A stretch of 64,000 bases of DNA from Pseudomonadales bacterium (GCA_020632235.1 JACKFY010000003.1:29966-93965), one strand, 5' to 3'; shown: positions 39,393 through 48,358, counted from the stretch's first letter. The notes: a model not told the origin generated them from the letters alone. Numbers and translations are program-made.

Positions 39393-39683
39393 TTACTTTT
39401 CTAAAATACGCGGCACTACTATAAAGCCCTGATACGTTCGATGCGCATTTTTTAGCGCTTGATCCTGGGTAAACATTGTGTCTTTATGTACCTCGTCTTC
39501 TCTATATACATTCTCTAGACCAGTGACTTGGTGTGTTGGTTCAACTCCCCCAACTTTTACTTCTTGGAGGGTTTTAATTGTTTCTAGCGTTTCATTAAAT
39601 GCAGCAGTTAGGTCTTTGTCTTGGTCATTATTTATGGGAATATGCGCAAGTGTTGCTATGTGTTGCGTATCTGTTCGTTTCAT
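39393..39683 (-). CDS. gatC: Asp/Glu-tRNA amidotransferase subunit C
   Basis: 96 aa, operon position just upstream of gatA, GatC-like length and sequence. AT-rich. Confidence 0.75.
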   Translation of the reverse strand: MKRTDTQHIATLAHIPINNDQDKDLTAAFNETLETIKTLQEVKVGGVEPTHQVTGLENVYREDEVHKDTMFTQDQALKNAHRTYQGFIVVPRILEK

Positions 39684-39706
39684 GATCTATATAAGCCTTA
39701 GTTACT

Positions 39707-41056
39707 ATGGTATGTATTATCACTAGATTAGCTTTGAGTTCAAGTATAAAAAGACTAGCAGGCCCTGTATACTTTGCCTTAATGTTTTCAAAACTGGTTA
39801 AAAGCATCTCTCTGCCGCCTCTCATAAGATTATTTTTATTCTTAGTACTCTCTGTTGCTGTACTCACAGTATATTTTTTCAACTTTGAGAATAGAATAAA
39901 TTTTGGACCCGAGCAAGGACTTTCACTCATTACTTCAGCAGATTATATTCATAAAGACTTTAGCTTGCTTGGACTTGAAAATCTGCAGAGAGTCACATCT
40001 CATGGGCATGTGCTTTATTCAGGCTCACTGTACAATTACTCACTTGTTCCATTTTTGGTTCTTTTTAATTATAGCCCTGTAGCACTGACTATACTCTCTG
40101 CTCTTAGCATCATTGCTGGAAGTGTAATGACTGCTTTGGTAGCAAAGAAAGTAATATCAAACACGGCTGGAATGTTTACATTTATAGTAAGTGTGTTTAG
40201 TGCAGTATATATTTGGCATGCAACGTTTATATGGATACTCAACTATCTTCCATTTATCGGGGCAGTATCACTACTCTGCTTTTATTATTTTAAGGAACAA
40301 AAAAATCAGTCTTTGCAGGCTCTATTTTTAGGGATTTTATCAGGAGTAGGCTTTAACTTGCAGTACATGTATGTATTTACGGCACTCTTGGTAGTACTTT
40401 CTATATTATTCTTAAGTAAAGAAAAATGTAAGCACACATGTGTATTTATTACTGCTTTTGTTATAGGAAATGCGCCTATGATTCTTTTTGATATTAGAAA
40501 CGACTGGTATCATTCTCGACTGTTGATGCAGTATGCACTTGATACCTTGCACAATACAGGACAAAGTAAGATTGCGTATTATCACTTTCTGCAATTTTTT
40601 CCACTGCTTTTTATTGGAGTTGGCATACTCTTAGAAAGAGCATATAAAAAACTTCCAGTGCTAGCTGTATTACTAGCAGGCGCATACATTTGGGCTAATA
40701 TGTTGACGCCATTAGTCAACTATAATCGTCCGGTCGGAATGTCTGTAACAGTCGCTGAGCTTGATTTTGCTGCACAACTGATTGCTGCTGAAAACCCTGA
40801 GCAGTTTAATATTGCCTCACATCTGCCATTTGATTCAAGTAGGGCGTATCCGCTCAGGTACATACTTGAGTATAGGTATAGCACGACACCTCAAGGAGTA
40901 GAAGAATATGCGTCATCAAGTGTGGTGTACGGATTAGCGAAAAATGATATTTCACTCCTTGATGCATTTCCGTGGGAGTTTAGCGCGCACAATCCAGACA
41001 AGATAGAGTTGATAGGAAAATTTGCAGATGAATATAGTCTTTACAAAATTGAATGA
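39707..41056 (+). CDS. Polytopic membrane protein, probable GT-C fold glycosyltransferase (ArnT/PMT-like), AT-rich
   Basis: 449 aa with more than 10 predicted transmembrane helices and a soluble C-terminal domain. GC about 35%. The start is probably downstream of 39707. Confidence 0.45.
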   Translation: MVCIITRLALSSSIKRLAGPVYFALMFSKLVKSISLPPLIRLFLFLVLSVAVLTVYFFNFENRINFGPEQGLSLITSADYIHKDFSLLGLENLQRVTSHGHVLYSGSLYNYSLVPFLVLFNYSPVALTILSALSIIAGSVMTALVAKKVISNTAGMFTFIVSVFSAVYIWHATFIWILNYLPFIGAVSLLCFYYFKEQKNQSLQALFLGILSGVGFNLQYMYVFTALLVVLSILFLSKEKCKHTCVFITAFVIGNAPMILFDIRNDWYHSRLLMQYALDTLHNTGQSKIAYYHFLQFFPLLFIGVGILLERAYKKLPVLAVLLAGAYIWANMLTPLVNYNRPVGMSVTVAELDFAAQLIAAENPEQFNIASHLPFDSSRAYPLRYILEYRYSTTPQGVEEYASSSVVYGLAKNDISLLDAFPWEFSAHNPDKIELIGKFADEYSLYKIE

Positions 41057-41083
41057 GGCTAAAAATTGTTTAGTGAGATGGTT

Positions 41084-42004
41084 TTAAGCTGCCGTATGAC
41101 CCCTAAGTGCTGCAATTCTCTCTTCTACAGGAGGATGAGTTTGAAACAACCCCGCAAACCACCCTACCGCGTCGCTGCGAAAGCGCAGGGGGTCGGCAAT
41201 GTACAGGTGGGCGGTGGCTTTGTTGGCAGCTTCAAGCGGCTCGTGGTCACGAGAAATTTTCTCTAGCGCCCGGATCAGCCCCTCTGGGTTTTTGGTCATG
41301 CTCACGCCCGTGGCATCCGCCAGGAACTCGCGTCTTCTGGACACCGCCAGCTTGATCAGATTGGCCACAATAGGGGCAAGGAAGGCGAGCGCGATGCCCA
41401 CCACTATAAAAAAGACCTGAAACTGCGCGGGCGCACGATTGTCATCACTTTGTTTGTTATTGCCAAAAAACGACATGCGTAGCATCCAGTCTGCCAGCAG
41501 GGCAATAAAACCCACCAGCACGGTGACAATAGATAGCAAGCGAATATCATAGTTTTGCACGTGCGCCAGCTCGTGGGCCACTACACCCTCAATTTCTGAT
41601 CTATCGAGTCTACTCAGCAGACCAGTCGTGGCGCAAACCACCGCGTGGTCTGGATCACGCCCAGTCGCAAAGGCGTTCATGGCGCTGTCTTGGATAACGT
41701 ACAGTTTTGGCATAGGAATACTCTGCCCAATGCAAAGATTTTCAACCGTGGTGTAAAAATCAAAGTACTCGTCTCTCTTGGCTTCTCTTGCCCCTGACAT
41801 CGAAAGAATGATCTTGTCTGAAAACCAGTACGACGCAAACGAGGTAAGACCAGAGAAAATCAGAGCCACTCCAACAGTGTCAAGCCCATATCCAAATGCT
41901 ACTGACATGGCGTAGGTAGAGAGCGTGATGAATAACACAAACACACCCATGATGATCCATGAGCGTGTTTTATTTTCTGATATTAGGTTATAGTGATTTT
42001 GCAT
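41084..42004 (-). CDS. htpX: Zn-dependent protease HtpX (M48)
   Basis: HELAHVQNYD is the HEXXH motif. N-terminal transmembrane helices. Confidence 0.85.
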   Translation of the reverse strand: MQNHYNLISENKTRSWIIMGVFVLFITLSTYAMSVAFGYGLDTVGVALIFSGLTSFASYWFSDKIILSMSGAREAKRDEYFDFYTTVENLCIGQSIPMPKLYVIQDSAMNAFATGRDPDHAVVCATTGLLSRLDRSEIEGVVAHELAHVQNYDIRLLSIVTVLVGFIALLADWMLRMSFFGNNKQSDDNRAPAQFQVFFIVVGIALAFLAPIVANLIKLAVSRRREFLADATGVSMTKNPEGLIRALEKISRDHEPLEAANKATAHLYIADPLRFRSDAVGWFAGLFQTHPPVEERIAALRGHTAA

Positions 42005-42045
42005 TCTAGCTATAGGATAAAAAATACTACTTGAGAAATAAAATT

Positions 42046-42639
42046 TTATTTCTCAAGGTTGACTATAGGCTCTTTCATATCTTCTGAGGATACTGTTGTA
42101 GCACTGCTGTCTTTTGGCATAACAAGCCCCTCTTCTGGGCCAAACTTAAACAGTGAGGCTACAAGATTGGAGGGAAAGGTGACCAGTAGTTGATTGTAGC
42201 GCTGAGTCAAATCAATGAGTAATCGTCTGGCATACATCAGCTTGTCTGCAGTGTCGCGCAGCTCATTCATAAAGTTGGTCACTGTGGCGTCAGACTTCAG
42301 CTCTGGATTATCTTCTACTGTAATAGCAATTTGGGGCACTAATTGTTGAATACTATCGAGTGCTTTCTGCATATCTGCTGATGAGCCAGAGCTGCTGGCC
42401 GCAGCAATTGTTTTTCGCGCTTCTGCGAGCATCTCAAAGATGCCTTTTTCGTGTTTGAGGTAGCCTTTGACAGCGCTCTCAAGATTGGGAATGAGTGAGG
42501 CTTGGCGCTTCAACTGGTTGCCAATTTCTTGAATGCTCGCCTCTATCTTGGTTTTGAGGCTCTGGAGTGTGTTGTACACACTCGCAATGTAGCCGAGTAC
42601 CCCCAGGATAATGACGCCGATAACGATGTATATAGTCAT
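42046..42639 (-). CDS. lemA: LemA family protein
   Basis: N-terminal transmembrane helix MTIYIVIGVIILGVLGYIASVYNTLQSLK and a LemA-like coiled region. The track ORF starts at 42678. Confidence 0.7.
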   Translation of the reverse strand: MTIYIVIGVIILGVLGYIASVYNTLQSLKTKIEASIQEIGNQLKRQASLIPNLESAVKGYLKHEKGIFEMLAEARKTIAAASSSGSSADMQKALDSIQQLVPQIAITVEDNPELKSDATVTNFMNELRDTADKLMYARRLLIDLTQRYNQLLVTFPSNLVASLFKFGPEEGLVMPKDSSATTVSSEDMKEPIVNLEK

Positions 42640-42870
42640 GAGTACCTTTCGTTTGATCACATCTACTAGTGGCGTCATAATAGCACACGAGGTTCTAGAC
42701 TGCTAGCATGAAGAGCCTCTGGTGTCTTGAGTGCGACCTTGTCCGTTGTGTTCTGTGGCATAGCGCAGTATAATCCGCTTACTAGCCAAAGCTTGGAAAA
42801 ACGGTTTGTGGATGAAGCACGGAGCTGTCTACTGCTGAAAAACAAGCAATACATAGAGTCCTGATACGCT

Positions 42871-42924
42871 GGGATAATCTAGTGGTTATCCCGACACTAG
42901 GTGTCGGGGCACGGAAGAGATCGC
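42871..42924 (+). repeat. tRNA-Asp-derived partial copy with hairpin insertion; upstream copy of a 44-bp direct repeat
   Basis: GGGATAA-tctagtgg-TTATCCC is D-arm-like. CCCGACAC-tag-GTGTCGGG replaces the anticodon 5' half. ACGGAAGAGATCGC matches the tRNA-Asp anticodon 3' half and variable loop. The 44-mer at 42881-42924 is identical to 43314-43357. Confidence 0.6.
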
Positions 42925-42950
42925 GTATAGTAACAATAAGTAGCAAATAT

Positions 42951-43026
42951 GGCCTCGTGGTGTAGTGGTTAACATGCTTCCCTGTCACGGAAGAGATCGC
43001 CGGTTCGAGTCCGGTCGAGGTCGCCA
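42951..43026 (+). tRNA. tRNA-Asp (anticodon GTC), CCA encoded
   Basis: GGCCTCGTGGTGTAGTGGTTAACATGCTTCCCTGTCACGGAAGAGATCGCCGGTTCGAGTCCGGTCGAGGTCGCCA gives a canonical cloverleaf. Confidence 0.85.
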
Positions 43027-43042
43027 AAAAGAAGAAATACGT

Positions 43043-43297
43043 ATGTCTTGGGTCTACATCTTGTGTAGCAAAAAAGATAACTCATATTATGTTGGTAGTA
43101 CCAATAATCTAGAACGGAGAATTGGGCAGCATAACAATGGTTTTTCTCGATACACCAGAGCAAAAATCCCTTGGAAGTTAGTGTATACAGAAACTCATGA
43201 TTCTCTAAAAGACGCTCGAATACGAGAGCAACAACTCAAAAACTGGAAAAGCAGAGTTGCTCTTGAGAGATTGATAGGTAAAAACAAACAGCTCTGA
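43043..43297 (+). CDS. GIY-YIG nuclease domain protein (YhbQ/UPF0213-like), second copy
   Basis: MSWVYILCSKKDNSYYVGSTNNLERRIGQHN...IREQQLKNW. The track ORF (from 42965) runs through tRNA-Asp. The ATG at 43043 lies 17 nt after the tRNA. Confidence 0.7.
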   Translation: MSWVYILCSKKDNSYYVGSTNNLERRIGQHNNGFSRYTRAKIPWKLVYTETHDSLKDARIREQQLKNWKSRVALERLIGKNKQL

Positions 43298-43299
43298 TA

Positions 43300-43382
43300 G
43301 GTCAGGACGGTGTAGTGGTTATCCCGACACTAGGTGTCGGGGCACGGAAGAGATCGCCGGTTCGAGTTCGGTCGAGGTAGCA
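43300..43382 (+). other. Full-length tRNA-Asp-like pseudo-tRNA with a broken acceptor stem and the anticodon arm replaced by an extended hairpin; downstream copy of the 44-bp repeat
   Basis: GGTCAGGACGGTGTAGTGGTTA-TCCCGACACTAGGTGTCGGGGC-ACGGAAGAGATCGCCGGTTCGAGTTCGGTCGAGGTAGCA. The D-loop, variable loop, T-arm and 3' acceptor are close to tRNA-Asp, but the 5' acceptor cannot pair and the 3' end reads GCA rather than CCA. Confidence 0.6.
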
Positions 43383-43541
43383 AAAAGATATTCTAGGATA
43401 TCTTATAACTTGTAAAATCAAGTGTTTCTAAAACTATAAGATGTCTTATAGTTTTACTACTAACTATAGGTCTTTTTTACGCACCAACTGTGTATTGTCA
43501 CATGTAGGTAGTTTGGTATAGTACGACTACGTTTCGTATCT

Positions 43542-44423
43542 ATGTCACAAAAACGATTGCAGTCATTTTTAAAGTTTTACAAGCTCCATCAGGTGTTGGT
43601 GAGTGTAGTGGCGCTGTGTGTGGTAGTGGGATTAGTTTTGCTGGCAACCTCTTTACTCTCAGGCAACACACAAAATCAACAAGTAGCAGAGGTAAGTGTC
43701 TCCCCTAGCCCGAGCGAGCTCATGTTGGCAGATGTCCAACCTGAACAAGAAGTGGTGAAAAGCGAGATTGTTTCAACTCTCTCTCCGCTCGCGCAGGAAG
43801 AGGCTGTGACCCAGGTGGAATCAGGCGATGTGCTCAGCTCAGAAAACTGGGTAGGTCCAGAGGCGAGCGCGCCCATGTCCAGTCCTGAAGTAGTTCAAGA
43901 ACCAGTAACTACTCAAGAAAATCGGGATGTTCAATCTGTTGAGCCAGGAAAAAGTGATTTTGCACCCCTACCTGAACCAACAATGGCACAACAAGTAGAA
44001 TCCTCTCAAGAAGCAAGCTCTGATTACATTGTTGTGGAAGGTGATACTCTCGAGGCGATTGCTGCTCGTAGTGCTACCTCGGTCGGCTGGCTGGCGCACA
44101 AAAATAACTTGAGTAATCCAAATCACATTGAGGTTGGACAAGTTTTAAAGATGCCAGGCTCCTCTCAAAACCAACAAGAGATTGCTGTACAAAGTCAGCA
44201 AGATGCTCAGCCGGAAGCAACCCACGTAATGGGTGAAAGCCAGACTGCTGGCACCTACATGGTCCAACCTGGAGATGCGCTGTGGAGTATTGCCGAGAAG
44301 CACTTAGGTAGTGGTTATCGTTGGGTAGAGATCTATGAGTTGAATGTTGATACTCTTGGCAACACTCCAGACTTGATTTACCCCAACCAGCAGCTAGAAC
44401 TACCCAGTGGGGTTATTGGGTAG
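43542..44423 (+). CDS. LysM-domain protein with an N-terminal transmembrane anchor
   Basis: Two LysM motifs: YIVVEGDTLEAIAARSATSVGWLAHKNNLSNPNHIEVGQVLKMP and YMVQPGDALWSIAEKHLGSGYRWVEIYELN. Confidence 0.75.
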   Translation: MSQKRLQSFLKFYKLHQVLVSVVALCVVVGLVLLATSLLSGNTQNQQVAEVSVSPSPSELMLADVQPEQEVVKSEIVSTLSPLAQEEAVTQVESGDVLSSENWVGPEASAPMSSPEVVQEPVTTQENRDVQSVEPGKSDFAPLPEPTMAQQVESSQEASSDYIVVEGDTLEAIAARSATSVGWLAHKNNLSNPNHIEVGQVLKMPGSSQNQQEIAVQSQQDAQPEATHVMGESQTAGTYMVQPGDALWSIAEKHLGSGYRWVEIYELNVDTLGNTPDLIYPNQQLELPSGVIG

Positions 44424-44460
44424 TACGCGCCCAGTATTACTCATGCTACACTAAGTGCGC

Positions 44461-44531
44461 GCGGGATTCGTATAATGGCAGTACGTCACCTTCCCAAGGT
44501 GAAAGCACGGGTTCGATTCCCGTATTCCGCT
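44461..44531 (+). tRNA. tRNA-Gly (anticodon CCC)
   Basis: GCGGGATTCGTATAATGGCAGTACGTCACCTTCCCAAGGTGAAAGCACGGGTTCGATTCCCGTATTCCGCT gives a cloverleaf with anticodon loop TTCCCAA. CCA is not encoded. Confidence 0.8.
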
Positions 44532-44560
44532 CAGAGTACCAGACCACCTTCGTTTTATAC

Positions 44561-44875
44561 ATGCAGTTTCAGTTACTTCTCAGCCAAGCTCGCGCCATTC
44601 GTAAAAAGTATGCACAGTGGGAAGAGACGCATTTGGGTCAAACATGGACCAAGACTCAGCTAGTTGAAGGTCTGGTGGTGGATGTTGGCGACCTGATGAA
44701 GTTGGTGCAGGCAAAAGAGGGGCTGAGAGACATCAAGCATGTTGATGAAAAACTTGCTCATGAGCTTATCGACTGTTTGTGGAGCGTGATGGTAATCGCT
44801 GATGCCTATGGTGTTGATCTCGAAAAGGCATTTGTGAGAGAGATGGACGCGCTTGAGGAAAAGCTGTCTGCTTAG
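44561..44875 (+). CDS. MazG-like nucleotide pyrophosphohydrolase domain protein
   Basis: 104 aa. LVEGLVVDVGDLMKLVQAKEG...ELIDCLWSVMVIADAYGVDLEKAF is typical of small all-alpha MazG/NTP-PPase proteins. Confidence 0.6.
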   Translation: MQFQLLLSQARAIRKKYAQWEETHLGQTWTKTQLVEGLVVDVGDLMKLVQAKEGLRDIKHVDEKLAHELIDCLWSVMVIADAYGVDLEKAFVREMDALEEKLSA

Positions 44876-45011
44876 ATTTTTATACGCACAAAAATTGGTT
44901 TAATTCAAGACCTACGGTTGGAGTCTATCCCGTCTGAACCCCGATCGCAGGTCGTGGGTGACAGCGGGGATACCGCAGATTTTCACTGTAACTTCAGTTT
45001 AGCACATCAAG

Positions 45012-45085
45012 AGCCACCTCGGGGATTCGAACCCCGGACCTACGGTTTACGATACCGCCGCTCTAGCCATCTGAGCTAAGATGGC
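45012..45085 (-). tRNA. tRNA-Thr (anticodon CGT)
   Basis: The reverse complement GCCATCTTAGCTCAGATGGCTAGAGCGGCGGTATCGTAAACCGTAGGTCCGGGGTTCGAATCCCCGAGGTGGCT gives a cloverleaf with anticodon loop ATCGTAA. CCA is not encoded. Confidence 0.8.
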
Positions 45086-45163
45086 ACTTGACCAGATAAA
45101 TTATAGCATAGGTGTGTTGCGGCTCGAATACTTCGGGGAAGATGCTGTATACTGCTTAGTACC

Positions 45164-45934
45164 ATGCCTACCACTTCTTCACCGCTTCCTGATCAACCAA
45201 CAACCGAGGGCACTACTTTGGACCATACCGGAGACAACTCGCCCACCTCAAGACTGAAAGAATTTGAAGAAAAAAAGACCGTACGCCGCAGTTTGCTTAT
45301 TATCGGTTTTAGTGTTGTGTTGTTCCTTTTATTTTTAGTCTTTGGCCTCCCCTTCTTTTTTGGTGTGTTTGTCAATTTGGTGGGTAGCGGCCTAGAAGAA
45401 GAAGTTGTTGTGTCGCCGCAATCACCTAGCATCTCGGTGCCATTTGAGGCTACAAACAGTGCGAGTGTGCAGGTGGTAGGATATGCCCAGTCTGGGGCAG
45501 AGGTTAGCCTGCGGCGTGCAAGTAGCACCTTGGGTCGGGTAGTAGCGAGTGAGGATGGCTCATTTAGCCAGCTTATTTCTCTTCAGGAAGGAAGCAACAC
45601 AGTAACGGCAGTGGCTATCCATAACGGTCTTGAGTCTGTGGCGAGCACACCGCTCACCATACTGCTCGATACAAAGCCACCCGCATTGGAAGTAAATGAG
45701 CCGAGCGACAACGCCAGCTTTACCTCGCGGGCAGAACAAGAGCTTATTATTTCTGGCAGCACTGACCAAGAGGCGAGCGTTACCATCAATGGCAGGTATA
45801 CGCCGGTCGCAAGTGACGGGACGTTTACCCTAACCCAGCAGTTGGTGGAGGGTGAAAATACCCTCACTGTGGTAGCTCGTGATGACGTAGGTAACGAAAC
45901 AACCCGAGAGCTGAGTGTCTCGTTTTCACTCTAG
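45164..45934 (+). CDS. Membrane-anchored protein with a beta-rich (Ig-like) extracellular region
   Basis: Pro/Thr-rich N-terminus, a transmembrane helix (LLIIGFSVVLFLLFLVFGLPFFFGVFV), then T/S/V-rich repeats consistent with a beta-sandwich. Confidence 0.45.
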   Translation: MPTTSSPLPDQPTTEGTTLDHTGDNSPTSRLKEFEEKKTVRRSLLIIGFSVVLFLLFLVFGLPFFFGVFVNLVGSGLEEEVVVSPQSPSISVPFEATNSASVQVVGYAQSGAEVSLRRASSTLGRVVASEDGSFSQLISLQEGSNTVTAVAIHNGLESVASTPLTILLDTKPPALEVNEPSDNASFTSRAEQELIISGSTDQEASVTINGRYTPVASDGTFTLTQQLVEGENTLTVVARDDVGNETTRELSVSFSL

Positions 45935-47112
45935 TCTGCTTTTTTTACCCCCAATGCCCAGAGCGTGCTCCAAAAGTAAAGAAACACAAATGGCTGGATC
46001 AGGCTTGCGGTAAAGAGGCTGTGCGTCATGAGTGACATGATCAACGCTTTTTGTGTGGCCGTTGTCTTTGTATTAGTCCAAAATTGTACCAAAATAGCAC
46101 CAACCAAGACCAGCAATGGCACGCCACCCACCAGCAGTATAAGCTGGATACTGTTATCGGGTATCCTATAGAAGATAAATGGTGTGCCAAAGGTGGTCTG
46201 TACACCAAACATATCGCCGCCAGTAAGCAACTCTGAGGGAGAGAGGGCAAACTGCTGGAGTGTTTCTCCTCGAGCTTCTACTGTTTGGGTGCGAGTTAGA
46301 TCAACCCCCAACCCCCCTGGTTTGGGCATGAGGGCATATGTGGTTATGAGCACTATAAGACTTATGATGAATACTCGCGCGTTTTCTTTTTTTGCTGTTT
46401 GGGAAAGTAGGAGCATTACACCGTGCCCAACCAGAAACGCCAGCCAGACAGCCCGAGACACCGTAAGGGCGATGCCAATGGTAAATAAAAAGGTGCATAC
46501 CCAGCGTACTGTGCTTTTTTTGAGACGCAAGCTTAAGATGTAACCAAAGACAAACAACAGACCGGTAAAGCTAGGGTCAAAGAGCGTGCTAATTAGCCTA
46601 TAGTAGTGATCGTCCCAGCCAAGGGCTGTGAGAAACCGAGTATCTGGAAGTAACACATACTGGAGTAGCCCGAGCCACAGGTGCCCCAGCAAGCTCAAGA
46701 GTATCCAGCCCCTCAACTCTTTTCTTTTCACACTCTGTGTCAGGCTAAAAACAAACAAGGCATAGAGCAGTAGTCGCCCGGCGTAGAGCAGCGTGATGCC
46801 GTCATGCTGGACAAGCACCTCAAGGCCTACCTGTAAGCTGATCCACCCGAGTGTAAGTACAATAAGAGGTTGCTTTTGGAGAGTATGGCGGATCTGATTG
46901 AAAAAAGTAGCACTAGACTTAGTTTTCAACATCAGTACCATCCAAGAAAAAACAGCGATGCTGATGGATAAATCATGTAGGTAGAGCGCTCCGGTAGGTA
47001 GTTGTATGCGTCCAAGTTGTCCCAAAGTAAGGACAACAAATGTGGCGATACCGCTAATGCGGTAGAGTGTCTGCAGCATGCGTGACGAGTGCTTTGTGGG
47101 TGACGAGTACAA
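45931..47112 (-). CDS. O-antigen ligase (Wzy_C)-like polytopic membrane protein
   Basis: About 10 transmembrane helices. TVSRAVWLAFLVG is a Wzy_C-like motif. Lies next to a Wzx-like flippase. Confidence 0.45.
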   Translation of the reverse strand: MYSSPTKHSSRMLQTLYRISGIATFVVLTLGQLGRIQLPTGALYLHDLSISIAVFSWMVLMLKTKSSATFFNQIRHTLQKQPLIVLTLGWISLQVGLEVLVQHDGITLLYAGRLLLYALFVFSLTQSVKRKELRGWILLSLLGHLWLGLLQYVLLPDTRFLTALGWDDHYYRLISTLFDPSFTGLLFVFGYILSLRLKKSTVRWVCTFLFTIGIALTVSRAVWLAFLVGHGVMLLLSQTAKKENARVFIISLIVLITTYALMPKPGGLGVDLTRTQTVEARGETLQQFALSPSELLTGGDMFGVQTTFGTPFIFYRIPDNSIQLILLVGGVPLLVLVGAILVQFWTNTKTTATQKALIMSLMTHSLFTASLIQPFVFLYFWSTLWALGVKKAD

Positions 47113-48358
47113 TAAACGGTAGTGCTATGAGTCGAGAGTAAGCAAGTCCTTGCGCTACCCCTATTAATCCCCCTGAAGGACCAAGGAGCATAATGCCGAT
47201 AATCATCAAAATAAGAGTAAGTACCATATGAGCATTCATCAGCTGCACTTTTTTGAGGGTAAACAACACCATGTAGGGCAAGAGCATGGCGCTGTAGAGA
47301 ATGCCAGCAACCAAGAGCCAGCGCACACTGGGCACAATTTCGGTCCAGTTTGGGCCTAAAATAAGATCTACAAAGAACTCTGGGGCAATAAACAGTGGAG
47401 CTGCTCCCAGCACCACCACTCCTAGAGTAAGGGAAAACACTTTGTAGTAGGTGTGTAGAAGAGTCTTTCCGTCTTCTTGCAGTGTATTAAAGGTGGGAAA
47501 ACTACTATGGGCAAACGATTGACTGAGCGCGTAGGTTGCCTTGTGGGTAAGCCCGTACGCATTGTGATACAGACCGAGTGCTTGAGCAGAGAGGAGCTTG
47601 CCCACCAAGAGGTTATCGACATTTTCTAGACAGTACGAAAGGGCGGCATTCAGGCTAAAGCGTTTGGTGTGCTCTAGAATTACTCTCCCCTTTTCTTTTG
47701 AAAACCAAAATCGAGGGGTAACAGCAAACATCTGAAATGACAGTAGTACTTCAAATACTGCTGCTCCAATGAGTGCTACCACCAGTGCCCAGACCGAAGG
47801 AAAAAAAAGTGCGATCACAACTGCAAGAACAGCCTCAACGCTCTGAATAACTGCGTGGTACATCGCCTCTGTTCCAAAACGAAACTCTTTCTGCAGAGAC
47901 ACTACCATGGGGTTAATAGCACCTTTGATAATGGGAACAAGTGCGGTTGCTGCAGTCAGCACAAACAGTGGTGGTTGGTTGTAACCATGCGCGAGTAAAG
48001 CTCCAAGTACTATCATCAAAACAGCAATCAATACACCCCGCATGAGTGCTATGACCCAGGCAGTATCAACATACTCGGCAATGCTCCCTTTTTTTTGCAA
48101 CAACGTAATATTAACGCCTGTTTGGGTGAGCGCCTCGGTGATGCCCAGGCTTACTAATACCAGTGAAAACAAACCAAACTCTTCTGGGGTTAAGAGACGC
48201 GCCAAAAAAAACAACTTAATGAGAGACAGCACTCCTGTGCTCAGCTTGAGCACGCTTTGCCAAGAAAATCCTCTCAGAACGGTGGTATGCATGCCCATTT
48301 TTTCATTGTAACACTTTTGTGACTTGCAGAGCGGGAGTGAGCGCGTCATACTACCCAA
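47054..48358 (-). CDS. Polysaccharide biosynthesis protein / Wzx-like oligosaccharide flippase
   Basis: 12 to 14 transmembrane helices. N-terminal LSLIKLFFLARLLTPEEFGLFSLVLV is typical of the Wzx/MOP superfamily. The start may be M21 or M23. Confidence 0.6.
   Translation of the reverse strand: MGSMTRSLPLCKSQKCYNEKMGMHTTVLRGFSWQSVLKLSTGVLSLIKLFFLARLLTPEEFGLFSLVLVSLGITEALTQTGVNITLLQKKGSIAEYVDTAWVIALMRGVLIAVLMIVLGALLAHGYNQPPLFVLTAATALVPIIKGAINPMVVSLQKEFRFGTEAMYHAVIQSVEAVLAVVIALFFPSVWALVVALIGAAVFEVLLSFQMFAVTPRFWFSKEKGRVILEHTKRFSLNAALSYCLENVDNLLVGKLLSAQALGLYHNAYGLTHKATYALSQSFAHSSFPTFNTLQEDGKTLLHTYYKVFSLTLGVVVLGAAPLFIAPEFFVDLILGPNWTEIVPSVRWLLVAGILYSAMLLPYMVLFTLKKVQLMNAHMVLTLILMIIGIMLLGPSGGLIGVAQGLAYSRLIALPFIVLVTHKALVTHAADTLPH

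Noticed and set aside
43300-43382. Calling the downstream tRNA-Asp look-alike a functional tRNA
   Set aside because: The 5' acceptor strand (GGTCAGG) cannot pair with the 3' strand (CGAGGTA). The D-stem 3' half is lost. An 8-bp hairpin replaces the anticodon arm. The 3' end is GCA. It is a pseudo-tRNA or a tRNA-like RNA.
44881-45011. SRP (4.5S) RNA or another housekeeping ncRNA in the mazG to tRNA-Thr spacer
   Set aside because: There is no GGAA tetraloop or AGCAGCC-type SRP domain IV motif. The only structured elements are short hairpins and tRNA-Thr fragments.
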